Below, one piece after another: positions 1-13,680 of a DNA stretch of 64,000 bases (the first letter of the stretch is position 1; every line of letters begins with the position of its first letter). The translations under genes and the position numbers were made by a program. This DNA comes from the human T2T-CHM13v2.0 reference genome, Homo sapiens. The stretch lies in the NCBI RefSeq assembly GCF_009914755.1, contig NC_060936.1. One strand, written 5' to 3'. Under the pieces are notes generated by a model, which was not told the origin of the DNA, ran no database searches, and saw nothing but the letters and a program-made list of their open reading frames with translations.

Positions 1-47
1 TTGAGTTGAATACACACACCACAAATAAGTTACTGAGAATTCTTCTG

Positions 48-1066
48 TCGAACATTACTTGAAGAAATCCCGTTTCCAACGAAGGCCTCAAAGAGGTCCA
101 AATATCCACTTGCAGACATTACAAACAGAGTGTTTCCAAACTGCTCCATCAAAAGAAAGGTTAAACTCTGTGAGCTGAACACACACATCAAAAAGAAGTT
201 TCTGTGAATGATTCTGTCTAGATTTTATAAGAAGATGTTTCCTTTTCTACCGTAGGCCTCAAAGTGCTTGAAATCTCCAGCTGCAAATTCCACAAAAAGG
301 GTGTTTAACATCTGCTCTTCTAAAGGAAAGTTCAACTCAATGAGTTGAATACACACAGCCCAAAGAAGTTACTGAGACTTCTCCTATCAAACATTATATG
401 AAGAAATCCCGTTTCCAACGAAGGCCTCAAAGAGGTCCAAATATCTGCTTGCAGACTTTACAAAGAGAGTGTCTCCAAACTCCTCCATCAAAAGAAAGGT
501 TATACTCTGTGAATTGAACGCACACATCACAAAGTAGTTTCTGAGAATGATTCTGTCTAGTTTTTATACGAAGATATTTCCTTTTCTACATTTGGCCTAA
601 AAGCGCTTGAAGTCTCCACCTGCAAATATCACAAAAAGAGGGTTTCACATCTGCTCTGTCTAAAGGACAGTTCACCTTTGTGAGTTGAATAGAGGCAACA
701 CAAAGAACTTACTCAGTATTCTTCTTTCTAGCGTTCTATGAAGAAATCCCGTTTCCAACGAAGGCCCCAAAGAGGTCCAAATATCTGCTTGCAGACTTTA
801 CAGACAGAGTGTTTCCAAACTACTCTATGAAAAGAAAGCTTAAACTCCTTGAGTTGAACGCACACATCACAAAGTAGTTTCTGAGAATGATTCTGTCTAG
901 TTTTTATACGAAGATGTTTCCTTTTCTACATTTGGTCTCAAAGCGATTGAAATCTCCAACTGGAAACTGCACAAATAGGGTGTTTCAAATCTGCTCTGTC
1001 TAAAGGAAGGTTCAACTCTGTGAGTTGAATACACACACCACAAATAAGTTACTGAGAATTCTTCTG
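48..1066 (-). repeat. 6-mer HOR variant (1,019 bp), A-B/C-D; same structure at 2426, 3445, 8541, 12277, 23143, 39441, 52679 and 56413
   Basis: Landmark spacing is 1,018-1,019 bp. The hybrid dimer has a B head (CTCCTATC...ATATCTGCTTGCAGACTTTACA) joined to a C tail (AAGA(C/G)AG(T)GTCTCCAAACTCCTCC). Confidence 0.93.
68..84 (-). promoter_or_regulatory. CENP-B box (first of ~188 box positions, one per ~340 bp dimer)
   Basis: TCCCGTTTCCAACGAAG is the reverse complement of CTTCGTTGGAAACGGGA and matches the core NTTCGNNNNANNCGGGN. The next copies start at ~407, ~747, ~1087 and so on. Confidence 0.97.
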
Positions 1067-4000
1067 TCGAACATTACTTGAAGAAATCCCGTTTCCAACG
1101 AAGGCCTCAAAGAGGTCCAAATATCCACTTGCAGACATTACAAACAGAGTGTTTCCAAACTGCTCCATCAAAAGAAAGGTTAAACTCTGTGAGCTGAACA
1201 CACACATCAAAAAGAAGTTTCTGTGAATGATTCTGTCTAGATTTTATAAGAAGATATTTCCTTTTCTACCGTAGGCCACAAAGCGCTTGAAATCTCCAGC
1301 TGCAAATTCCACAAAAAGGGTGTTTAACATCTGCTCTTCTAAAGGAAAGTTCAACTCTATGCGTTGAATACACACAGCACAAAGAAGTTACTGAGACTTC
1401 TCCTATCAAACATTATATGAAGAAATCCCGTTTCCAACGAAGGCCTCAAAGAGGTCCAAATATCTGCTTGCAGACTTTAAAGACAGAGTTTTTCCAAACT
1501 GCTCCATCAAAAGAAAGGTTAAACTCCTTGAGTTGAACACACACATCACAAAGTAGTTTCTGTGAATGATTCTGTCTAGTTTTTATACGAAGATGTTTCC
1601 TTTTCTACCTTTGGTCTCAAAGCGATTGAAATCTCCACATGGAAACTCCACAAAAAGAGTGTTTCAAATCTGCTCTTTCTGAAGGAAGGTTCAACTCTGT
1701 GAGTTGAATACACACACCACAAATAAGTTACTGAGAATTCTTCTGTGTAACATTATATGAGGAAATCCCGTTTCCAACGAAGGCCTCAAAGAGGTCCAAA
1801 TATCCACTTGCAGACTTTACAAAGACAGTGTCTCCAAACTCCTCCATCAAAAGAAAGGTTATACTCTGTGAATTGAACGCACACATCACAAAGTAGTTTC
1901 TGAGAATGATTCTGTCTAGTTTTTATACGAAGATATTTCCTTTTCTACATTTGGCCTAAAAGCGCTTGAAATCTCCACCTGCAAATATCACAAAAAGAGG
2001 GTTTCACATCTGCTCTGTCTAAAGGACAGTTCACCTCTGTGAGTTGAGTAGAGGCAACACAAAGAACTTACTCAGTATTCTTCTTTCTAGCGTTCTATGA
2101 AGAAATCACGTTTCCAATGAAGGCCCCAATGAGGTCCAAATATCTGCTTGCAGACTTTACAGACAGAGTGTTTCCAAACTACTCTATGAAAAGAAAGCTT
2201 AAACTTCTTGAGTTGAACGCACACATCACAAAGTAGTTTCTGAGAATGATTCTGTCTAGTTTTTATACGAAGATGTTTCCTTTTCTACATTTGGTCTCAA
2301 AGCGATTGAAATCTCCAACTGGAAACTGCACAAATAGGGTGTTTCAAATCTGCTCTGTCTAAAGGAAGGTTCAACTCTTTGAGTTGAATACACACACCAC
2401 AAATAAGTTACTGAGAATTCTTCTGTCGAACATTACTTGAAGAAATCCCGTTTCCAACGAAGGCCTCAAAGAGGTCCAAATATCCACTTGCAGACATTAC
2501 AAACAGAGTGTTTCCAAACTGCTCCATCAAAAGAAAGGTTAAACTCTGTGAGCTGAACACACACATCAAAAAGAAGTTTCTGTGAATGATTCTGTCTAGA
2601 TTTTATAAGAAGATGTTTCCTTTTCTACCGTAGGCCTCAAAGTGCTTGAAATCTCCAGCTGCAAATTCCACAAAAAGGGTGTTTAACATCTGCTCTTCTA
2701 AAGGAAAGTTCAACTCAATGAGTTGAATACACACAGCCCAAAGAAGTTACTGAGACTTCTCCTATCAAACATTATATGAAGAAATCCCGTTTCCAACGAA
2801 GGCCTCAAAGAGGTCCAAATATCTGCTTGCAGACTTTACAAAGACAGTGTCTCCAAACTCCTCCATCAAAAGAAAGGTTATACTCTGTGAATTGAACGCA
2901 CACATCACAAAGTAGTTTCTGAGAATGATTCTGTCTAGTTTTTATACGAAGATATTTCCTTTTCTACATTTGGCCTAAAAGCGCTTGAAATCTCCACCTG
3001 CAAATATCACAAAAAGAGGGTTTCACATCTGCTCTGTCTAAAGGACAGTTCACCTCTGTGAGTTGAGTAGAGGCAACACAAAGAACTTACTCAGTATTCT
3101 TCTTTCTAGCGTTCTATGAAGAAATCACGTTTCCAACGAAGGCCCCAATGAGGTCCAAATATCTGCTTGCAGACTTTACAGACAGAGTGTTTCCAAACTA
3201 CTCTATGAAAAGAAAGCTTAAACTTCTTGAGTTGAACGCACACATCACAAAGTAGTTTCTGAGAATGATTCTGTCTAGTTTTTATACGAAGATGTTTCCT
3301 TTTCTACATTTGGTCTCAAAGCGATTGAAATCTCCAACTGGAAACTGCACAAATAGGGTGTTTCAAATCTGCTCTGTCTAAAGGAAGGTTCAACTCTTTG
3401 AGTTGAATACACAAACCACAAATAAGTTACTGAGAATTCTTCTGTCGAACATTACTTGAAGAAATCCCGTTTCCAACGAAGGCCTCAAAGAGGTCCAAAT
3501 ATCGACTTGCAGACATTACAAACAGAGTGTTTCCAAACTGCTCCATCAAAAGAAAGGTTAAACTCTGTGAGCTGAACACACACATCAAAAAGAAGTTTCT
3601 GTGAATGATTCTGTCTAGATTTTATAAGAAGATGTTTCCTTTTCTACCGTAGGCCTCAAAGTGCTTGAAATCTCCAGCTGCAAATTCCACAAAAAGGGTG
3701 TTTAACATCTGCTCTTCTAAAGGAAAGTTCAACTCAATGAGTTGAATACACACAGCCCAAAGAAGTTACTGAGACTTCTCCTATCAAACATTATATGAAG
3801 AAATCCCGTTTCCAACGAAGGCCTCAAAGAGGTCCAAATATCTGCTTGCAGACTTTACAAAGACAGTGTCTCCAAACTCCTCCATCAAAAGAAAGGTTAT
3901 ACTCTGTGAATTGAACGCACACATCACAAAGTAGTTTCTGAGAATGATTCTGTCTAGTTTTTATACGAAGATATTTCCTTTTCTACATTTGGCCTAAAAG

Positions 4001-7000
4001 CGCTTGAAGTCTCCACCTGCAAATATCACAAAAAGAGGGTTTCACATCTGCTCTGTCTAAAGGACAGTTCACCTTTGTGAGTTGAATAGAGGCAACACAA
4101 AGAACTTACTCAGTATTCTTCTTTCTAGCGTTCTATGAAGAAATCCCGTTTCCAACGAAGGCCCCAAAGAGGTCCAAATATCTGCTTGCAGACTTTACAG
4201 ACAGAGTGTTTCCAAACTACTCTATGAAAAGAAAGCTTAAACTCCTTGAGTTGAACGCACACATCACAAAGTAGTTTCTGAGAATGATTCTGTCTAGTTT
4301 TTATACGAAGATGTTTCCTTTTCTACATTTGGTCTCAAAGCGATTGAAATCTCCAACTGGAAACTGCACAAATAGGGTGTTTCAAATCTGCTCTGTCTAA
4401 AGGAAGGTTCAACTCTGTGAGTTGAATACACACACCACAAATAAGTTACTGAGAATTCTTCTGTCGAACATTACTTGAAGAAATCCCGTTTCCAACGAAG
4501 GCCTCAAAGAGGTCCAAATATCCACTTGCAGACATTACAAACAGAGTGTTTCCAAACTGCTCCATCAAAAGAAAGGTTAAACTCTGTGAGCTGAACACAC
4601 ACATCAAAAAGAAGTTTCTGTGAATGATTCTGTCTAGATTTTATAAGAAGATATTTCCTTTTCTACGGTAGGCCACAAAGCGCTTGAAATCTCCAGCTGC
4701 AAATTCCACAAAAAGGGTGTTTAACATCTGCTCTTCTAAAGGAAAGTTCAACTCTATGCGTTGAATACACACAGCACAAAGAAGTTACTGAGACTTCTCC
4801 TATCAAACATTATATGAAGAAATCCCGTTTCCAACGAAGGCCTCAAAGAGGTCCAAATATCTGCTTGCAGACTTTAAAGACAGAGTTTTTCCAAACTGCT
4901 CCATCAAAAGAAAGGTTAAACTCCTTGAGTTGAACACACACATCACAAAGTAGTTTCTGTGAATGATTCTGTCTAGTTTTTATACGAAGATGTTTCCTTT
5001 TCTACCTTTGGTCTCAAAGCGATTGAAATCTCCACATGGAAACTCCACAAAAAGAGTGTTTCAAATCTGCTCTTTCTGAAGGAAGGTTCAACTCTGTGAG
5101 TTGAATACACACACCACAAATAAGTTACTGAGAATTCTTCTGTGTAACATTATATGAGGAAATCCCGTTTCCAACGAAGGCCTCAAAGAGGTCCAAATAT
5201 CCACTTGCAGACTTTACAAAGACAGTGTCTCCAAACTCCTCCATCAAAAGAAAGGTTATACTCTGTGAATTGAACGCACACATCACAAAGTAGTTTCTGA
5301 GAATGATTCTGTCTAGTTTTTATACGAAGATATTTCCTTTTCTACATTTGGCCTAAAAGCGCTTGAAATCTCCACCTGCAAATATCACAAAAAGAGGGTT
5401 TCACATCTGCTCTGTCTAAAGGACAGTTCACCTCTGTGAGTTGAATAGAGGCAATACAAAGAACCTACTGAGTATTCTTCTTTCTAGCGTTCTATGAAGA
5501 AATCCCGTTTCCAACGAAGGCCCCAATGAGGTCCAAATATCTGCTTGCAGACTTTACAGACAGAGTGTTTCCAAACTACTCTAGTAAAAGAAAGCTTAAA
5601 CTCCTTGAGTTGAACGCACACATCACAAAGTAGTTTCTGAGAATGATTCTGTCTAGTTTTTATACGAAGATGTTTCCTTTTCTACATTTGGTCTCAAAGC
5701 GATTGAAATCTCCAACTGGAAACTGCACAAATAGGGTGTTTCAAATCTGCTCTGTCTAAAGGAAGGTTCAACTCTGTGAGTTGAATACACACACCACAAA
5801 TAAGTTACTGAGAATTCTTCTGTCGAACATTACTTGAAGAAATCCCGTTTCCAACGAAGACCTCAAAGAGGTCCAAATATCCACTTGCAGACATTACAAA
5901 CAGAGTGTTTCCAAACTGCTCCATCAAAAGAAAGGTTAAACTCTGTGAGCTGAACACACACATCAAAAAGAAGTTTCTGTGAATGATTCTGTCTAGATTT
6001 TATAAGAAGATGTTTCCTTTTCTACCGTAGGCCACAAAGCGCTTGAAATCTCCAGCTGCAAATTCCACAAAAAGGGTGTTTAACATCTGCTCTTCTAAAG
6101 GAAAGTTAAACTCTATGCGTTGAATACACACAGCACAAAGAAGTTACTGAGACTTCTCCTATCAATCATTATATGAAGAAATCGCGTTTCCAACGAAGGC
6201 CTCAAAGAAGTCCTAATATCCACTTGCAGACATTACAAACAGAGTGTTTCCAAACTGTTCCATCAAAAGAAAGGTTAAACTCTGTGAGCTGAACACACAC
6301 ATGAAAAAGAAGTTTCTGTGAATGATTCTGTCTAGATTTTACACGAAGATGTTTCCTTTTCTACCTTTGGTCTCAATGCGATTGAAATCTCCACATGGAA
6401 ACTCCACAAAAAGAGTGTTCCAAATCTGCTCTTTCTGAAGGAAGGTTCAACTTTGTGAGTTGAATACACACACCACAAATAAGTTACTGAGAATTCTTCT
6501 GTGTAACATTATATGAGGAAATCCCGTTTCCAACGAAGGCCTCAAAGAGGTCCAAATATCCACTTGCAGACTTTACAAAGACAGTGTCTCCAAACTCCTC
6601 CATCAAAAGAAAGGTTATACTCTGTGAATTGAACGCACACATCACAAAGTAGTTTCTGAGAATGATTCTGTCTAGTTTTTATACGAAGATATTTCCTTTT
6701 CTACATTTGGCCTAAAAGCGCTTGAAATCTCCACCTGCAAATATCACAAAAAGAGGGTTTCACATCTGCTCTGTCTAAAGGACAGTTCACCTCTGTGAGT
6801 TGAATAGAGGCAACACAAAGAACTTACTCAGTATTCTTCTTTCTAGCGTTCTATGAAGAAATCCCGTTTCCAACGAAGTCCCCAAAGAGGTCCAAATATC
6901 TGCTTGCAGACTTTACAGACAGAGTGTTTCCAAACTACTCTATGAAAAGAAAGCTTAAACTCCTTGAGTTGAACGCACACATCACAATGTAGTTTCTGAG

Positions 7001-7077
7001 AATGATTCTGTCTAGTTTTTATACGAAGATGTTTCCTTTTCTACATTTGGTCTCAAAGCGATTGAAATCTCCAACTG

Positions 7078-10000
7078 GAAAGTGCACAAATAGGGTGTTT
7101 CAAATCTGCTCTGTCTAAAGGAAGGTTCAACTCTGTGAGTTGAATACACACACCACAAATAAGTTACTGAGAATTCTTCTGTCGAACATTACTTGAAGAA
7201 ATCCCGTTTCCAACGAAGGCCTCAAAGAGGTCCAAATATCCACTTGCAGACATTACAAACAGAGTGTTTCCAAACTGCTCCATCAAAAGAAAGGTTAAAC
7301 TCTGTGAGCTGAACACACACATCAAAAAGAAGTTTCTGTGAATGATTCTGTCTAGATTTTATAAGAAGATGTTTCCTTTTCTACCGTAGGCCTCAAAGCG
7401 CTTGAAATCTCCAGCTGCAAATTCCACAAAAAGGGTGTTTAACATCTGCTCTTCTAAAGGAAAGTTCAACTCTATGAGTTGAATACACACAGCACAAAGA
7501 AGTTACTGAGACTTCTCCTATCAAACATTATATGAAGAAATCCCGTTTCCAACGAAGGCCTCAAAGAGGTCCAAATATCTGCTTGCAGACTTTACAGACA
7601 GAGTTTTTCCAAACTGCTCCATCAAAAGAAAGGTTAAACTCCTTGAGTTGAACACACACATCACAAAGTAGTTTCTGTGAATGATTCTGTCTAGTTTTTA
7701 TACGAAGATGTTTCCTTTTCTACCTTTGGTCTCAAAGCGATTGAAATCTCCACATGGAAACTCCACAAAAAGAGTGTTTCAAATCTGCTCTTTCTGAAGG
7801 AAGGTTCAACTCTGTGAGTTGAATACACACACCACAAATAAGTTACTGAGAATTCTTCTGTGTAAAATTATATGAGGAAATCCCGTTTCCAACGAAGGCC
7901 TCAAAGAGGTCCAAATATCCACCTGCAGACTTTACAAAGACAGTGTCTCCAAACTCCTCCATCAAAAGAAAGGTTATACTCTGTGAATTGAACGCACACA
8001 TCACAAAGTAGTTTCTGAGAATGATTCTGTCTAGTTTTTATACGAAGATATTTCCTTTTCTACATTTGACCTAAAAGCGCTTGAAATCTCCACCTGCAAA
8101 TATCACAAAAAGAGGGTTTCACATCTGCTCTGTCTAAAGGACAGTTCACCTCTGTGAGTTGAATAGAGGCAACACAAAGAACTTACTCAGTATTCTTCTT
8201 TCTAGCGTTCAATGAAGAAATCCCGTTTCCAACTAAGGCCCCAATGAGGTCCAAATATCTGCTTGCAGACTTTACAGACAGAGTGTTTCCAAACTACTCT
8301 ATGAAAAGAAAGCTTAAACTCCTTGAGTTGAACGCACACATCACAAAGTAGTTTCTGAGAATGATTCTGTCTAGTTTTTATACGAAGATGTTTCCTTTTC
8401 TACTTTTGGTCTCAAAGCGATTGAAATCTCCAACTGGAAACTGCACAAATAGGGTGTTTCAAATCTGCTCTGTCTAAAGGAAGGTTCAACTCTGTGAGTT
8501 GAATACACACACCACAAATAAGTTACAGAGAATTCTTCTGTCGAACATTACTTGAAGAAATCCCGTTTGCAACGAAGGCCTCAAAGAGGTCCAAATATCC
8601 ACTTGCAGACATTACAACAGAGTGTTTCCAAACTGCTCCATCAAAAGAAAGGTTAAACTCTGTGAGCTGAACACACACATCAAAAAGAAGTTTCTGTGAA
8701 TGATTCTGTCTAGATTTTATAAGAAGATGTTTCCTTTTCTACCGTAGGCCTCAAAGCGCTTGAAATCTCCAGCTGCAAATTCCACAAAAAGGGTGTTTAA
8801 CATCTGCTCTTCTAAAGGAAAGTTCAACTCTATGAGTTGAATACACACAGCACAAAGAAGTTACTGAGACTTCTCCTATCAAACATTATATGAAGAAATC
8901 CCGTTTCCAACGATGGCCTCAAAGAGGTCCAAATATCTGCTTGCAGACTTTACAAAGACAGTGTCTCCAAACTCCTCCATCAAAAGAAAGGTTATACTCT
9001 GTGAATTGAACGCACACATCACAAAGTAGTTTCTGAGAGTGATTCTGTCTAGTTTTTATACGAAGATATTTCCTTTTCTACATTTGGCCTAAAAGCGCTT
9101 GAAATCTCCACCTGCAAATATCACAAAAAGAGGGTTTTACATCTGCTCTGTCTAAAGGACAGTTCACCTCTGTGAGTTGAATAGAGGCAACACAAAGAAC
9201 TTACTCAGTATTCTTCTTTCTAGCGTTCTATGAAGAAATCCCGTTTCCAACGAAGGCCCCAAAGAGGTCCAAATATCTGCTTGCAGACTTTACAGGCCGA
9301 GGGTTTCCAAACTACTCTATGAAAAGAAAGCTTAAACTCCTTGAGTTGAACGCACACATCACAAAGTAGTTTCTGAGAATGATTCTGTCTAGTTTTTATA
9401 CGAAGATGTTTCCTTTTCTACATTTGGTCTCAAAGCGATTGAAATCTCCAACTGGAAACTGCACAAATAGGGGGTTTCAAATCTGCTCTTTCTAAAGGAA
9501 GGTTCAACTCTGTGAGTTGAATACACACACCACAAATAAGTTACTGAGAATTCTTCTGTCGAACATTACTTGAAGAAATCCCGTTTCCAACGAAGGCCTC
9601 AAAGAGGTCCAAATATCCACTTGCAGACATTACAAACAGAGTGTTTCCAAACTGCTCCATCAAAAGAAAGGTTAAACTCTGTGAGCTGAACACACACATC
9701 AAAAAGAAGTTTCTGTGAATGATTCTGTCTAGATTTTGTAAGAAGATGTTTCCTTTTCTACCGTAGGCCTCAAAGCGCTTGAAATCTCCAGCTGCAAATT
9801 CCACAAAAAGGGTGTTTAACATCTGCTCTTCTAAAGGAAAGTTCAACTCTATGCGTTGAATACACACAGGACAAAGAAGTTACTGAGACTTCTCCTATCA
9901 AACATTATATGAAGAAATCCCGTTTCCAACGAAGGCCTCGAAAAGGTCCAAATATCTGCTTGCAGACTTTACAGACAGAGTGTTTCCAAACTGCTCCATC

Positions 10001-13000
10001 AAAAGAAAGGTCAAACTCCTTGAGTTGAACACACACATCACAAAGTAGTTTTTGTGAATGATTCTGTCTAGTTTTTATACGAAGATGTTTCCTTTTCTAC
10101 CTTTGGTCTCAAAGCGATTGAAATCTCCACATGGAAACTCCACAAAAAGAGTGTTTCAAATCTGCTCTTTCTGAAGGAAGGTTCAACTCTGTGAGTTGAA
10201 TACACACACCACAAATAAGTTACTGAGAATTCTTCTGTGTAACATTATATGAGGAAATCCCGTTTCCAACGAAGGCCTCAAAGAGGTCCAAATATCCACT
10301 TGCAGACTTTACAAAGACAGTGTCTCCAAACTCCTCCATCAAAAGAAAGGTTATACTCTGTGAATTGAACGCACACATCACAAAGTAGTTTCTGAGAATG
10401 ATTCTGTCTAGTTTTTATACGAAGATATTTCCTTTTCTACATTTGGCCTAAAAGCGCTTGAAATCTCCACCTGCAAATATCACAAAAAGAGGGTTTCACA
10501 TCTGCTCTGTCTAAAGGACAGTTCACCTCTGTGAGTTGAATAGAGGCAACACAAAGAACTTACTCAGTATTCTTCTTTCTAGCGTTCTATGAAGAAATCC
10601 CGTTTCCAACGAAGGCCCCAATGAGGTCCAAATATCTGCTTGCAGACTTTACAGACAGAGTGTTTCCAAACTACTCTATGAAAAGAAAGCTTAAACTCCT
10701 TGAGTTGAACGCACACATCACAAAGTAGTTTCTGAGAATGATTCTGTCTAGTTTTTATACGAAGATGTTTCCTTTTCTACATTTGGTCTCAAAGCGATTG
10801 AAATCTCCAACTGGAAAGTGCACAAATAGGGTGTTTCAAATCTGCTCTGTCTAAAGGAAGGTTCAACTCTGTGAGTTGAATACACACACCACAAATAAGT
10901 TACTGAGAATTCTTCTGTCGAACATTACTTGAAGAAATCCCGTTTCCAACGAAGGCCTCAAAGACGTCCAAATATCCACTTGCAGACATTACAAACAGAG
11001 TGTTTCCAAACTGCTCCATCAAAAGAAAGGTTAAACTCTGTGAGCTGAACACACACATCAAAAAGAAGTTTCTGTGAATGATTCTGTCTAGATTTTATAA
11101 GAAGATGTTTCCTTTTCTACCGTAGGCCTCAAAGCGCTTGAAATCTCCAGCTGCAAATTCCACAAAAAGGGTGTTTAACATCTGCTCTTCTAAAGGAAAG
11201 TTCAACTCTATGAGTTGAATACACACAGCACAAAGAAGTTACTGAGACTTCTCCTATCAAACATTATATGAAGAAATCCCGTTTCCAACGAAGGCCTCAA
11301 AGAGGTCCAAATATCTGCTTGCAGACTTTACAGACAGAGTTTTTCCAAACTGCTCCATCAAAAGAAAGGTTAAACTCCTTGAGTTGAACACACACATCAC
11401 AAAGTAGTTTCTGTGAATGATTCTGTCTAGTTTTTATACGAAGATGTTTCCTTTTCTACCTTTGGTCTCAAAGCGATTGAAATCTCCACATGGAAACTCC
11501 ACAAAAAGAGTGTTTCAAATCTGCTCTTTCTGAAGGAAGGTTCAACTCTGTGAGTTGAATACACACACCACAAATAAGTTACTGAGAATTCTTCTGTGTA
11601 AAATTATATGAGGAAATCCCGTTTCCAACGAAGGCCTCAAAGAGGTCCAAATATCCACCTGCAGACTTTACAAAGACAGTGTCTCCAAACTCCTCCATCA
11701 AAAGAAAGGTTATACTCTGTGAATTGAACGCACACATCACAAAGTAGTTTCTGAGAATGATTCTGTCTAGTTTTTATACGAAGATATTTCCTTTTCTACA
11801 TTTGACCTAAAAGCGCTTGAAATCTCCACCTGCAAATATCACAAAAAGAGGGTTTCACATCTGCTCTGTCTAAAGGACAGTTCACCTCTGTGAGTTGAAT
11901 AGAGGCAACACAAAGAACTTACTCAGTATTCTTCTTTCTAGCGTTCAATGAAGAAATCCCGTTTCCAACTAAGGCCCCAATGAGGTCCAAATATCTGCTT
12001 GCAGACTTTACAGACAGAGTGTTTCCAAACTACTCTATGAAAAGAAAGCTTAAACTCCTTGAGTTGAACGCACACATCACAAAGTAGTTTCTGAGAATGA
12101 TTCTGTCTAGTTTTTATACGAAGATGTTTCCTTTTCTACTTTTGGTCTCAAAGCGATTGAAATCTCCAACTGGAAACTGCACAAATAGGGTGTTTCAAAT
12201 CTGCTCTGTCTAAAGGAAGTTTCAACTCTGTGAGTTGAATACACACACCACAAATAAGTTACAGAGAATTCTTCTGTCGAACATTACTTGAAGAAATCCC
12301 GTTTGCAACGAAGGCCTCAAAGAGGTCCAAATATCCACTTGCAGACATTACAACAGAGTGTTTCCAAACTGCTCCATCAAAAGAAAGGTTAAACTCTGTG
12401 AGCTGAACACACACATCAAAAAGAAGTTTCTGTGAATGATTCTGTCTAGATTTTATAAGAAGATGTTTCCTTTTCTACCGTAGGCCTCAAAGCGCTTGAA
12501 ATCTCCAGCTGCAAATTCCACAAAAAGGGTGTTTAACATCTGCTCTTCTAAAGGAAAGTTCAACTCTATGAGTTGAATACACACAGCACAAAGAAGTTAC
12601 TGAGACTTCTCCTATCAAACATTATATGAAGAAATCCCGTTTCCAACGATGGCCTCAAAGAGGTCCAAATATCTGCTTGCAGACTTTACAAAGACAGTGT
12701 CTCCAAACTCCTCCATCAAAACAAAGGTTATACTCTGTGAATTGAACGCACACATCACAAAGTAGTTTCTGAGAGTGATTCTGTCTAGTTTTTATACAAA
12801 GATATTTCTTTTTCTACATTTGGCCTAAAAGCGCTTGAAATCTCCACCTGCAAATATCACAAAAAGAGGGTTTCACATCTGCTCTGTCTAAAGGACAGTT
12901 CACCTCTGTGAGTTGAATAGAGGCAACACAAAGAACTTACTCAGTATTCTTCTTTCTAGCCTTCTATGAAGAAATCCTGTTTCCAACGAAGGCCCCAAAG

Positions 13001-13680
13001 AGGTCCAAATATCTGCTTGCAGACTTTACAGACAGAGTGTTTCCAAACTACTCTATGAAAAGAAAGCTGAAACTCCTTGAGTTGAACGCACACATCACAA
13101 AGTAGTTTCTGAGAATGATTCTGTCTAGTTTTTATACGAAGATGTTTCCTTTTCTACATTTGGTCTCAAAGCAATTGAAATCTCCAACTGGAAACTGCAC
13201 AAATAGGGGGTTTCAAATCTGCTCTGTCTAAAGGAAGGTTCAACTCTGTGAGTTGAATACACACACCACAAATAAGTTACTGAGAATTCTTCTGTCGAAC
13301 ATTACTTGAAGAAATCCCGTTTCCAACGAAGGCCTCAAAGAGGTCCAAATATCCACTTGCAGACATTACAAACAGAGTGTTTCCAAACTGCTCCATCAAA
13401 AGAAAGGTTAAACTCTGTGAGCTGAACACACACATCAAAAAGAAGTTTCTGTGAATGATTCTGTCTAGATTTTGTAAGAAGATGTTTCCTTTTCTACTGT
13501 AGGCCTCAATGCGCTTGAAATCTCCACCTGCAAATTCCACAAAAAGGGTGTTTTACATCTGCTCTTCTAAAGGAAAGTTCAACTCTATGCGTTGAATACA
13601 CACAGGACAAAGAAGTTACTGAGACTTCTCCTATCAAACATTATATGAAGAAATCCCGTTTCCAACGAAGGCCTCGAAGA
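7078..13680. repeat. Tandem multi-HOR duplication, period 3,736 bp (8+6+8 = 22 monomers)
   Basis: Landmarks pair as 7182/10918, 8541/12277 and 9559/13295. Shared private variants include GGAAAGTGCAC, TGTAAAATTA, CCACCTGCAGAC, TTTGACCT, AACTAAGG, GTTTGCAACG and ATTACAACAG. Confidence 0.9.
7182..8540 (-). repeat. Representative canonical 8-mer HOR (1,359 bp; dimers A-B-C-D)
   Basis: Diagnostic dimer motifs in order: A CTGTCGAACATTACTTG...ACCGTAGGCC...CCAGCTGC; B CTCCTATCAAAC...ACCTTTGGTCTC...CCACATGG; C CTGTGT(A)A...GAGGAAATCC...ACAAAGACAGTGTCTCC...CCACCTGC; D TTCTAGCGTTC...GGCCCC...TACTCTATGAAAAGAAAGCTT...CCAACTGG. TCGA landmarks lie at 7182 and 8541. About 34 such units occur in the window. 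Confidence 0.95.

Noticed and set aside
37-841. Short palindromes (GAATTC, AGGCCT, TCTAGA, AAGCGCTT, CAGCTG, AAGCTT) as regulatory or terminator hairpins
   Set aside because: These are ordinary 6-8 bp dyads of the alphoid consensus, with no extended inverted repeat.
8561-8577. Variant boxes such as GTTTGCAACG (8561, ~12297, ~42175), CCCGGTTCC (~30635) and TTTCTAACG (~52699) as inactivated CENP-B boxes
   Set aside because: The changes fall at non-essential positions of NTTCGNNNNANNCGGGN, so they were counted as intact.
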